A DNA stretch of 63,002 nt, filler included. It is 13 parts of 13 records of this genome, joined end to end, with 100 filler letters (N's around TTAATTAATTAA, not from the genome) between each part and the next. Parts side by side here need not be neighbours in the genome. Positions count along the whole stretch, not along the records: positions 43,946 to 49,691 come from SRR15195285_5448; positions 49,792 to 53,228 come from SRR15195285_5454; positions 53,329 to 59,349 come from SRR15195285_5456; positions 59,450 to 63,002 come from SRR15195285_5465; 9 more parts are not named here. One strand, 5' to 3'. Numbering within the stretch: position 1 is the first letter of the stretch; each line of letters starts with the position of its first letter. A program made the translations under genes and the position numbers. The notes under the pieces are model-generated. The model saw only the letters and a program-made list of their open reading frames with translations, did no database searches and was not told the DNA's origin. Below, one piece after another: positions 48,601 to 59,450 of this stretch.

Positions 48601-48801
48601 GCCCTCAGCACTGCCGACGGTGTTGAAGTACCCAGCGGAGTAGCCACCGGTGAACGCACCATGGAAACGCCGCCGCCCCTCGGCATCGACCACCTCCTGC
48701 TTCCAGAGCGGGTCGACCTTCTTCGTCGGCACGAATGAGCTCGGGCCGCGCGCACCCTCCTCCTCCTCATACAGAGGTGTCCCTACCAGCATGCCGTCCA
48801 T
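45634..48801 (-). CDS. GPATCH1: G-patch domain-containing protein 1 (GPATCH1 / plant TOUGH homologue)
   Basis: DUF1604 motif [42 protein letters not shown], G-patch [54 protein letters not shown], and a Lys-rich tail. Confidence 0.93.
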   Translation of the reverse strand: [1055 protein letters not shown]

Positions 48802-49349
48802 CCTGGCAGCGCTGGCCGCGCGACGCGGAGTGAGCTGGAGAGCCAGTGAGCAGCTCGTGAGAACCCGGCAGCGTGGCAGACACTACCCCCGCATGCGCAT
48901 CTCACGCCTCACGTAGGACTGTCCAGCCCGGCGGTGCGGTCCACCTGCGAGTTCCTCTCCTCGGCTCCTTCGGTTACACCCCAGGGGCTTAAGCAGGGCC
49001 AGCAGGGCTTAAGCAGGGCCAGCCGCGCCGGCGCGGCTCCCACGACCATCCAGAATTATGAATATATACTATGAATAGTATGGACTGTCCGCGTGTCCGG
49101 GTGGGTGGTCCCGCCTCGCGCGCTGACCGCTGAGGACTGAGGGGCGCTTCCGGCGCTTGGGCTTCGCTCTGGTGGCCGGCCGGCGATCGCCGCACGCCGG
49201 CCCAATGCGCATTACCATTAGCCATTACGGTACTGTGTGTACACTGATCCGGGATTCAAACATGACTATTATACTGTACTTGAGTACAATTGATTGATAG
49301 ACTGAGTCTAGATCTAGTACTCAGAGTACTATTCATAGAGGACGTCGCG

Positions 49350-49691
49350 ATGAGCGAATGTGTAATCTGCCTTGAACCATTGGGGCGAGACTCTGTGACT
49401 CGCTGGACAGGCTCGCATGCTGGTTCCTCGGGCACCCCATGTGGACATCACTTTCACGTGGCATGTGCAGTGCGAACTGCATCGTCTTCCAATCAATGCC
49501 CGCAGTGTCGAGCACCACTTGAGAGAGATGCTCTTATGGACCGGCCACGGGTGCCGCGGCGGGTTCAGCAACCCACTCGGGTGACTTCCTGGCCACAGAT
49601 TCCTGCGGCACGCCTTGAGGCGCAGGCGGCGCAACATGTGAACAGAATCACACTATGGCTGCGTACTCGGCCAAATCTATACGCCTCCTCA
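49350..49691 (+). CDS. RING-H2 finger protein (3' truncated)
   Basis: CVICLEPL...CGHHFHVAC...CPQCR. Confidence 0.8.
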
Positions 49692-50190
49692 NNNNNNNNN
49701 NNNNNNNNNNNNNNNNNNNNNNNNNNNNNNNNNNNTTAATTAATTAANNNNNNNNNNNNNNNNNNNNNNNNNNNNNNNNNNNNNNNNNNNNGCACGACGA
49801 CGCTACCTCGCCCGCAGCGCTTGCGAGTGGGTCTTTTCGTGGCCGCGGGGGTACGCGCCCATGTCGCGTCGTTTTTGCCGTCCGTACTGGCTGTGCAACC
49901 AAGCCACAGGGCCCCATGCGGCAGCGGTTGGGGGTGGGTGGGGAGGCGTGCTCGGTCGCCCACGATATACTGTCTTTTGACGACTAGTTACGACCTTTTC
50001 CTGTTGCCGATTGCCGTACCTAGTCGCAGCGAGCAGGAGATGACGTGCCCAAACGATGAGTGCAACAAGTTTGGAGAACGCGCGTCGCGCACACTATAGC
50101 ATCGAGTGGCAATGAAATAGTGGTCGCTGTGAAATTCAATCTAAGAAAATTCGATTTACTAGAATCTAGAATCGTGGACCCCTCCCTATC

Positions 50191-51660
50191 CTACCCGAGT
50201 CGAAACCCAGGACTGTTCGCGAGCATGCGCTGAAAGTGGGTTGTGCGTGGCGACCGTTGCGATGCAGAACCCACTCGAATCGCCGGCTCAGGTGAGGTCG
50301 GCTGACCAGCATACCCATCGAATCTGAAGCCTGTCCCTGGTCGGATTTGGCTGTCGCCAACTATATCTGTTTGCATGCGTGGTGTGCCGATGCCATCTTC
50401 GCTATGGGATGACATTGTGCCAGCTACCGGTACAGCCGCAGAATGCATCGCTTCTTCGTGCTCACGACGCACTGCCTCCCATGCCGCGCAAGATGACATC
50501 TGGCTGGCGTTGTCATCGATGTCATTGTCGAGGCTGACATTGCCCGTCTCCTGATCGCCGCGATCCTCGTAGATGATGGTGAACCCAGCTGGGCTCGTCG
50601 AAACATGCTCGGAACTCCGGGGTGGCTCCAGTGTGTTTCCAGGCACACCCCACGTCGCGAGTCGCTCTGTGCTGGGACGTGTGGGCGTGGCGTTGCTGCA
50701 ACTGGTCTGACTACTGTGTAAACGCGAGGACGAAGTGGGTTGGCTTTGTGTATCTCTGCATCCATCTCTGGTTTCGCCCTTGACCGTACGGGTCTCTTTC
50801 TCGTGTGCTGCACTGGCAGCAGCGGCAGTGGCAGCGTGTGAGTCAGCGGGCAGACTGGTCGACGGCTTATCTGTGGTCACCCTGCCAAACAACTCGGCTG
50901 CTGTGATTGAACCACGTCGCTGCGGTGGCTGGCTGCTGATCGACCCGGACCGTGACTGCCCACCGCCGCCGAAGAGCTCGATGGCTGTGACGCTGCGCCG
51001 TCGCTGCGTAGCATCACGATTCTGCACGGCTATGCCCGAAGCATCATGCCCGTGACTAATCAAATCTCGCGGCCCGCTCTGTTCGCATCGATCCCAACAC
51101 GCAGTCCGTTAGTGGATAGAGTGAAGCCGTCAGGCTATAATGCAACACCAACCCCACGGGTATGCGGATCGACTTACCGCAGCCTCCCAGCCACCAGTGG
51201 CTAGGTCGGTGCCACGGCGTCCGAGCACCTCTTTCATGGGCCGTCCGGCAGGATCCTTCGGCATCGCTGCCTTGATCTGCTCTGGTTGGAAGGCACCGTG
51301 CATCGTGTGTGAATGGGAACCGGCTTCCGTGGCATCACTGGCGTCTGTCTCCCAATTCCCCCCGCGTGGGATTGTGCCCCTATCAATCAATGTACGGCAG
51401 ACAATTTACAGACAGTGTAGCGAGATACCTAGGCAACGACTCGCTGCAGCGTTGACAAAATGGGAGACGAATTCAACGCACTCTCCGAGTGCAGAGCGCT
51501 GCGTGCCGTCGCCGCTCTTGTGTGCGAAGACTTTGCGGAAATACGGGGACTGCGCATGCTCCATCCAGCAGTTGAGTCGTCCCGCACCGACTGTCCACGG
51601 CGCCTGAACGAACGAGGGCAAGCATGATTTTGGAGCGGCTGTGGCACTGGCTGCAGCAAT
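50191..51660 (-). CDS. Hypothetical multi-exon protein, mostly low-complexity
   Basis: Three consecutive minus-strand ORF segments (51406-51717, 51130-51390, 50191-51063) with plausible GT-AG junctions. No family recognised; start uncertain. Confidence 0.4.
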
Positions 51661-52197
51661 TTGACGCCGCAGAGGGCTGAAAACTGCCAGCTTACGGATC
51701 AACGGGTAAGACCTCACGCGTCAGTTCAGCTCGCGTCAATAGAGATCGGTGCACACTGCACAGCGCCCGCCGAGCACAACGTCAATGCACAATGGCGACG
51801 ACCGCTCGTGAGCGAGCGCGCGACTCCGGTCCATCCCGCCGGACTCGCTCGCCGGCCGGCCCGCGCGCGCCGCCGGCGGTACGAGGGGTACGTATACAGC
51901 CGGTGTACCGCTCCATACGATAAGTCTAGGGCGTATGATTTTGGAATCGGTCGTTCGTTACGCGTTCGTTACGTGTTATACGTCCCCTGGGTACGCATAC
52001 ACGTGTTATACGTACCGCGCGCGCGCGCGCCGGTGCGTGCGTCGCGTATGCGTGTCGCACGTGCGCCGAGACTACGATACGGCACTACTGTACGCGTCGT
52101 GCCCGCCCAGCTGTGCGACGATCGAGTGTGCGTCGCGCTCGCGGCCTCGCGACTCGCGGCGCGCGGCGGGGTCGCGGACGACGGAGCGCGCGCGATC

Positions 52198-53049
52198 ATG
52201 GCGACGCTTGCCGGGAAGGATGCGCTGCTGCACTGGTGTCAGGAGCGGACGGCGCCGTATCGTCGCTGTGGCATCTCGGTCGAGAACTTTGCGACATCGT
52301 TTCAGGACGGCCGTGCGTTTGTCGCGCTAGTACACTCTCAGTGGCCTTCGAGCATTGCGTCTCCGGAGACGTTGTCGGCCGAAGACGCACGGACAAACCT
52401 TGATTTGGCTTTTGGCGTGGCCGAGAGCTTCGGGGTGTTCAAGCTCCTCGATGCCGACCTGATAGCGACAAGCGGCAAGCCGGAGCCGAAGACAGTGATG
52501 ACGTACCTCGCGGAGCTCCGGAAGCAGATCCGCAAGTACGATGGTTCAGAAAAGACCCAGGAACCATCGCGGTCGAAGAGCATGCCTGGAATGCGCGTCG
52601 TCGCTGTTAGCGCGAGCGACGATGTGGCGTCGCTCTTGGCAGACGTAGACCTCTCAACCCTCAAGCGGCCATCGCGGCCGCGCGCACAGACAACCGCTGC
52701 ACCTGCTAAACCACGAGCAGAGACAGCTGGGCCGCCAGCGATTCCAAAACAGAAGAAGAAGGCCGTTCCCCCTGCGATTCCAAAGCAGAAGAAGAAGGCG
52801 GTCATCCCTGGGCGGGTGGTGGCTGGGGCGCAAGTAGGCGGCGCTGCCGTGCAGCAGAGCACAACTGGTGTGACTGTAGCCTTCCGGGACACAGAAGGAG
52901 GAAGCGACGGGAGTGGCAAGAGCTTTGGAGATATGCGAACGTACGAACTGAAGGTAGAGTGCAAAAAACGAGCCCTACCGGATACCGGAGATCGGGACGA
53001 GATGCTGGCGCACCTCGAACTCCATACGGACGAGGCAGAGGACGTGTAG
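52198..53049 (+). CDS. Calponin-homology (type 2 CH) domain protein with C-terminal SAP-like motif
   Basis: KDALLHWCQERTAPY, VENFATSFQDGRAFVALVH, NLDLAFGVAESFGVFKLLDA, PEPKTVMTYL. SAP-like MRTYELKVECKKRALPDTGDRDEMLAHL. Duplicated PPAIPKQKKKAV. Confidence 0.88.
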   Translation: MATLAGKDALLHWCQERTAPYRRCGISVENFATSFQDGRAFVALVHSQWPSSIASPETLSAEDARTNLDLAFGVAESFGVFKLLDADLIATSGKPEPKTVMTYLAELRKQIRKYDGSEKTQEPSRSKSMPGMRVVAVSASDDVASLLADVDLSTLKRPSRPRAQTTAAPAKPRAETAGPPAIPKQKKKAVPPAIPKQKKKAVIPGRVVAGAQVGGAAVQQSTTGVTVAFRDTEGGSDGSGKSFGDMRTYELKVECKKRALPDTGDRDEMLAHLELHTDEAEDV

Positions 53050-53328
53050 CACACCAGCACATTCAGACCTCTTTGGTATTCACGATTTCACGAACGCCAG
53101 CCAATACTAGTACTTGGCTGGCCTCGTATCAGAGCAAGGCAAAACCGTACGCTCGAATGATTATACTCCGAGAAATGCACGCGTTTCGGAGTTAGCAGCC
53201 ACCTGGTTGTTCGCCCACCCTTCCTCCANNNNNNNNNNNNNNNNNNNNNNNNNNNNNNNNNNNNNNNNNNNNTTAATTAATTAANNNNNNNNNNNNNNNN
53301 NNNNNNNNNNNNNNNNNNNNNNNNNNNN

Positions 53329-55065
53329 GCTGCTGCTGCTGCTGCTGCTGTTGCTGCGCCAGAAATAGTTGACCTCGATCGTGCACGAGCGTTCCGTCAG
53401 CCTCTGTCATGTGCTCGTCGGCTGACCCTACCGTCTCGGCTTCCGAATCATCATCTCCACCTGACGTGATGTCGTCACTTCCCTTGTCCGGTACCACTGC
53501 AGGCGCGGTGGTGGCTTGCTTCGATGCTGGATCTTTCGTGGCCACTTCCTTCCCGGAACGGCCTGATTTTGTGTCCGTTAAATCCGGCAGGTACAGCTGT
53601 GTTCTCTGGACGATCGGTGGCTCGTTGAGTGGACCACCCACGTGATAAAGAACGTCTGCTCCAGACTCTTGCACCAGCCCATCTGGAGAGGTTTTGCCAA
53701 CGCAGAACTGATCGTAGCGGAGGGTTGGCAGCCCATCACGCAAAATCTTGCCCTTTCGCCTGATGATCGCTAGCGACTTGTTGCCACGAACTCGCATCAC
53801 CACTTTTGAACGCTTTCCACCTGGACAGGTGACAAAACGGCAATCGGTGAGTCGCACGAATCACCAAGCAGTAAATGTTGCACATGCGCGAGCGACACAG
53901 CTCAGTCAGAAGTCAGGAGCGCACCAAGATTTTTCCAACGGTCCGCCGAACGAGAATCGACCTGCTGACGCATCGCCTGACGCCTGGCAAAGCCAATACG
54001 TCGGTCCTCCTTGAAAAGGAGTGAAGACCCGTCCTTTTCCCGACGCTTCAATAGCTCCTCATCCACATTCTGCGGTCGGCGCGGTAGCGCGCTACCATCA
54101 CCGAACACCCCAGCACACTTGCCCTCCAGCAGGGCGAGAGCTTGATCTGCATCCAGGGCGTCCAACTCTGGGATCGACGACCTCAGGATTTTGCTAGTCT
54201 TGGTGCGCGAGGTCTCCCTTCCAGCAGTGGCGGTCGTAGTTGCTGTAGTTTTGGCATTGGACTTGGTGCTGACACTGATTCCAATGCCAAAATCGCGGAA
54301 TCGCAAATCGCGCTCCGACAGCGTCCGTTTCCGGACCGGCGGATCGATCGCTGCGCGTAGGGGCTTGACCGGCTTGACTGCCGTGCAGTCCACAGGCAGC
54401 GTCTGAAACAATCTGCGCTGCATCAACTCTGGTGACAGCGGGGCGTCTGGGTTATCGACCAGCGAGTACTCCAGGAACTTGAGCTCGTGCTGGCTAGTTT
54501 TCTGACCCACACGCTTGATTTTGCCATACTGGCGACGAACCCGGGACGGGACGGAGCTCTCTGGTGCTGGCCAGATGGTTGCGCCCCGCAACCCGCCGCT
54601 GTTCGTCCAGAGGTCTCGCTGGCCCCCTTTGCCACGCCGCGGCACCTTCGGCGACTCGCGGAAAACTGCCCAGCCTCGCGCGCACACTGCCGGCCGGTTC
54701 AGGAACGTGTAAGTGTTATCGAGTAGGAGCATTTCTACCTCTTGCCAGGAGTCCAACCGCGCCTTCTGTCCCTTCGCTACGACCTCCGCGACGGTCATGC
54801 GTGAAGGACTGGCGTGCGAAGTACCGCATTCGCGCTTGCACAACAGCTGATCCATAGCGGCACCCCCAGCGGCGCGGCCGCTCTTCTCGCTACCTTCCGG
54901 TGCGTCGTCACCTCCCCTTATGGTCTCCGTTCTGAGCGGCTCCGGACCGCGCTCCATCGACTCTGCCATCTCCATGAGCAACTGCAACGAATCGCGGGGC
55001 TCATCCAGCCGACCAGCCGGCACTATGCTCACGCGTGGCGCGAGCCCCTCCTTGGGCGGCGGCAT
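53329..55065 (-). CDS. Unknown protein with two copies of a basic domain (possible DNA-binding), 2+ exons, 3' truncated at poly-Gln
   Basis: Intron 53924-53821 (GTGCGC...CAG) joins DRWKNLG|GKRS in frame. Repeat 1: DLWTNSGG...VRRQYGKI...LKFLEYSL...LFQT. Repeat 2: DRWKNLGG...IIRRKGKI...LRYDQFCV...LYHV. Confidence 0.65.
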
Positions 55066-56594
55066 CTCAATCCCGTAACCTGCCACCCCCAATCTAACCC
55101 CACACAACCCCCCTCACACACACTCACCCCCCTACCGCGCCCACCACAGCGCCCTCTATCGTCTCTCCCTCTTCTGACACCACCGCCTCAGCCAAACCCC
55201 GCCAGACCTGCTGGCCGCACGTGCGTCAGAACACCGCCTCTCCCTCACCTCCCCCTCCGCCCCTCCATACCCCTCCTCCCCATACCCCTCCTCCCCTCCC
55301 CGGGTGATCACCCCAAACGCACGGTACACTATATCTCTGTGTCTATACCCGCCGTCTTTTCACCTCAGAATGCGCAGAAGCAACGAACTTCCTGACGGTG
55401 CGTCCGACGCTGTTCTCAGACTCTACAAAACTCGTAGTTACGCTCGCTCCATTCCAACGCCGCCCCATCCGGTTCGTTTGAATTTCTGTGTGTTTAGTGT
55501 GCAGATTGCCCTGGAAACACTGCTTAGGATCCTCCTGCACACGAATCAACACCACCCAGAGCGTAACAATGGTGGGGCTCATTCAGAAAATGACTACGAG
55601 ACTGTAATGAAATGTCATTCGCCGTCACAAACTCGCATTAATTTCCCCAACACCAATCATTCGTCGCTCTCGAAGATGACTGGCTCACTCGATTTCTCAG
55701 CGAGGACTCCTGAGAACGAATGTCGTTGCACGAATGAACACTGAGTTCTTCGCAGGTCAGGAGTTCTCCTGAGGAGTTCTCCTGACCTCGGGAAGTCTGC
55801 GAAGGTTTACGTGGTGGTCGGAATCCACATGTCTACGAGTGTTCGGACGCTGACTGCATCCGTGAAGCTGGATGATGACAGCGAATGTGTGGAAGCACAC
55901 ACCACCGTGAGGGAATCGAATAAAATGCACGAGCAGAGTGTCGCTTTTGTTATACAGCTGTAGAAAACTTGCAGGGATTCCGACACAGAGGTCGTGCAAG
56001 GCCTCTTTTGAGGAGAATCCGCACCGAACAGTCAGGGAGTCGCTTGTGGAAGACGTTCCTTGTCACTCTGTACCGTACAGCTGTACCAAAAATTACTACA
56101 GCTGTACTAGTACAGTAGCTACTCAGCCGGAGATCTATTAGAAGATCAAGTGTACGCTGTACACTAGCTGGCAATGGTACCTACCGGATAATACCGTAGT
56201 ATCAGCTATCATCACGTGCGTGAGCGGAAACCGTGAGCGGCAATATGTTCAGACAGACAGACCCACGCGCGTACTCAAGTACTGTGGGTTGGATAATTGT
56301 TCCGCCACCATCCGTGCACTCAGAACCAGTCAGATTTCCGGTCAAATGCAATTCATGATCAGAGTGAGATTCTGAATGACATTAGATCCATCTCATAATC
56401 AGTCATGATTCCAGTCTGAGAAGTGACTGATTCATTCTCCAACCCACAGTATGTGAAGCACCTATCCTCACCGCCGCTGGCAAAAGACACTGTCGTTGGC
56501 GGGGGGTGGGCGCGGGCGATGGCGGGATAGCGAGGCGGCTCACTGCTGCTGCGCTGCTGCGGGGCTCCCTGGTGCGGCGGATTGTTGCAGGAGG

Positions 56595-57835
56595 ATGGCC
56601 GGCGCGGACAAGGGGGATGAGTACCTCTTCAAGGTGCTGGTGGTGGGGGAGGTGCGTGCGGAGGCGGAGGAGCCGAGGTGATGTGTGGCGCTTCTTCCCA
56701 TGCTTGGGCGTGTCGCTCACCTGGGTGCATGATGGGCGTCGCAGGTGGCTGGGGGCAAGACCAGCCTGGTGAGACGATATGTCTACAACAACTTCAGCGA
56801 GAACTACCAGACTACGATTGGTGAGCCTCTGCCAGCCAACGACGCACACCCGGACCAAGCCCCGGCGTACTCGAACGCGTTCTCAGACGCACTAAGGCCG
56901 GCAGGCCCGCGCCATCTCTGCCTCCCCCCACCCCGCCCACCCTCTTCCCCTTACCTCACACCCGCCACCCCGCCATCGCGCGTAGCCTCTGGAGACTGAC
57001 GCCTTGGCCTCCCAATCCACGCAGGGGCCGACTTCGCGCTGAAGATCATCCGCTGCGAGGACGGCAATGTCATCCGTCTGCAACTATGGGACATCGCCGG
57101 CCAGGAGCGGTTCGGCAACATGACGAGGGTGCGAGCCTGCTCTGCTTGCATGCGTGCGGCACGCGCTGCAGGCGGTAGCCTCACCGACTACGCTGGTTGG
57201 CCGTACGTCCACCGCAGGTATATTTCAAGGGAGCGGTGGGAGCGATCGTGGTCCACGACATAAACAAGAAAGGCGAGAACTGGTAAGCCGCCCTCGCTCA
57301 CCAGTCTGCCACGAAAACCTTGGTAGTGACAGAGGTGCATCGTTGCAAAAAGGACCTATGTGTGACCGTTCTGTCCATGTGTGCGCCAGCTTCGATGCCC
57401 CGAAGCGATGGAAGAAGGAGCTGGACGAGCACGTCGGAGTGGCTGGAAAAGCGGCGACTGGGACAGGCGTGCCCACAGTGCTCCTGGCGAATAAATGCGA
57501 CATGCTCGGCGATCGCGCCGTTCCTAAGGAGGCATTGGACAAGGTTGCACAAGAAAGCTCCTTCTTCCGGTGGTTCGAAACTTCTGCCAAAACTGGTGCG
57601 TGCGTTCGTGTCTTGTTTGTCTGGTAGTCTGCGCGGCCATTCTCGCTGGTATTGCTGTTGACGCGGCCTTCAAATTGGCCATGGCGCAGGGCACAACGTC
57701 GATGCGGCCATTACTGCGTTGGTCGAGCAAGTCATGCACAACCAAGGCGTCACAGCGGCTGCGGGTGATAGCTACAAGGTAGTCAAACTCGGCGAAGGGG
57801 GTGCCGCCGACTCCGGTGACGGCGGTTGCTGCTAG
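56595..57835 (+). CDS. Rab GTPase, Rab32/Rab38/Rab29 subfamily, 6 exons
   Basis: Exons 56595-56651, 56745-56820, 57025-57128, 57218-57282, 57390-57595, 57690-57835. They give YLFKVLVVGE-VAGGKTS, TTIGADFALK, LQLWDIAGQERFGNMTRVYF (WDIAGQE is typical of this subfamily), LLANKCD, ETSAK and a C-terminal CC prenylation motif. Confidence 0.93.
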
Positions 57836-58028
57836 CTCCTCACTTTGCAGCGCATACGGTGGATGCAACCTTCGACAGTTGGAGGCCTCGATACGACGGG
57901 AGCATTCTAGGACGGCAGACGTGCAGGTGCCAGGCGGCCGCGAGGTGGTGAAGACACGTTAGTAAAAATGATCATTCCTTGCTGGCTGCAACGACCACCC
58001 GGAATGCATCATCATTCCTGGCTCAGCC

Positions 58029-59349
58029 TCACTCTATATCTGCGACCACCTTAGTGTGCTGTCGTCTCCACAAGCTCATGACGCAAACGTACAGCCATTG
58101 GGGTCCTTCTCCGTCTCGAAAGATCCTCGCTGCGCGAATGTAGTAGCATCGAATTGTGGTCAACAAACGTCTCCAATGAGGAGAGACGCCAGCGCAGACG
58201 GTTAGGGAGCGCACCGGTGGACTATACTTCGCCGGGTCGGCGTCGTGGCTTACGGCGCCGGTGTGCAAGTACGAGCTAGGCACGTGCTGATTGAAACGGT
58301 GGCTCGTGGGTGGACCCCATGCGACTCCCTTCTCGAGACCCTTGGGTCGAGGCGTAGCTGAACTCTTGGAGTCACCCGTGCTGTCTGCTCGACCTTGTTT
58401 GACCGGAGCACCGGACTCCTCCGACTTCACGCCCTGATAAAAGTGGCTTTTGGGATCAGTATCCTTGAACCGTCCCGTCGGGCTGCCCCAGGCAACTGCC
58501 TTGCTGGAGCCAGTTCTGCGGTAATGGCGTGGACTGCGCTCGTCGTATTTGTGAGCATCGTGATGCGAGGCGTCGGCGCTTACAGCTCGCTCGTGGCTCT
58601 GCACGGTGGTGCGTTTGTTCACTGGCCGCTCGGCTGGATTCTGTTTGAAACCGCGCTCGGCACGGCGTTCGCGGGTGCTCACAGGCGCACGTGCACGTGG
58701 CGGGGCACCGAGTTCGTCGCGGCGCTCGGCGCTTTGAGGTGTCGCACTAGCTGAAGCAGCGACATTGATCAGCATGCGTGATGGTGTCGTGATGAGTTCG
58801 CGTGTCGGTGTCGAGGGCTGCTGTCGTCGAGAGCTGTCCGAGGAGTCACGGACCAGCTTAGGCCTGAGTCGAAGCGCTCGTTCCATCAGTTCGTCCACAA
58901 GAGCGCGTAACGGAGGTTGGCTATCAACAAGCAGTAGCGCCTCAGCAATGGCTGTGTTGTAGGCTGCCAGGGCTTCGACGAAGTCCCCTTCTGCCTCGGC
59001 CGCCTCCCCTGCTTGCAGCGTCGCGACTCCGCACGGCAGCTCAGACGCCTGCGGGACAGCGATTTGGTGCGGCAGAGTGTAAGTGCTCTCGCCCGTGATT
59101 TGGTTCCAGTAGTAGCGCTGCCCTGTTTTGGATGACGTCTCCACGCCCCATCCCCACGGCAACGTCCCCTTCGCCGCCCGGCGCGGCCCGGGCTCCGGCT
59201 CCGGCTCCAGCTCTTGCTCGGGCTCTGGTTCCGGCTCCGGCCCCAGCTCCGCTTCCAGCGCGGGCTGCTGCTGCTGTTCCAGCGCTCCAGAGTCAAATTG
59301 GCGGCCGTCATGACTGTAATGCACGGAGTCGACGGCATCGTCGTGTGGC
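58029..59349 (-). CDS. WW-domain plus MIT-like domain protein (5' truncated, 3' splicing uncertain)
   Basis: WW: LPWGWGVETSSKTGQRYYWNQITGESTYTLP. MIT-like helices AEAEGDFVEALAAYNTAI...LMERALRLR. EP repeat. Confidence 0.7.
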
Positions 59350-59450
59350 NNNNNNNNNNNNNNNNNNNNNNNNNNNNNNNNNNNNNNNNNNNNTTAATTA
59401 ATTAANNNNNNNNNNNNNNNNNNNNNNNNNNNNNNNNNNNNNNNNNNNNC

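Noticed and set aside
48984-49023. Short tandem duplication GGGCTTAAGCAGGGCCAGC between GPATCH1 and the RING gene
   Set aside because: Only two copies with no spacers; an ordinary local duplication.
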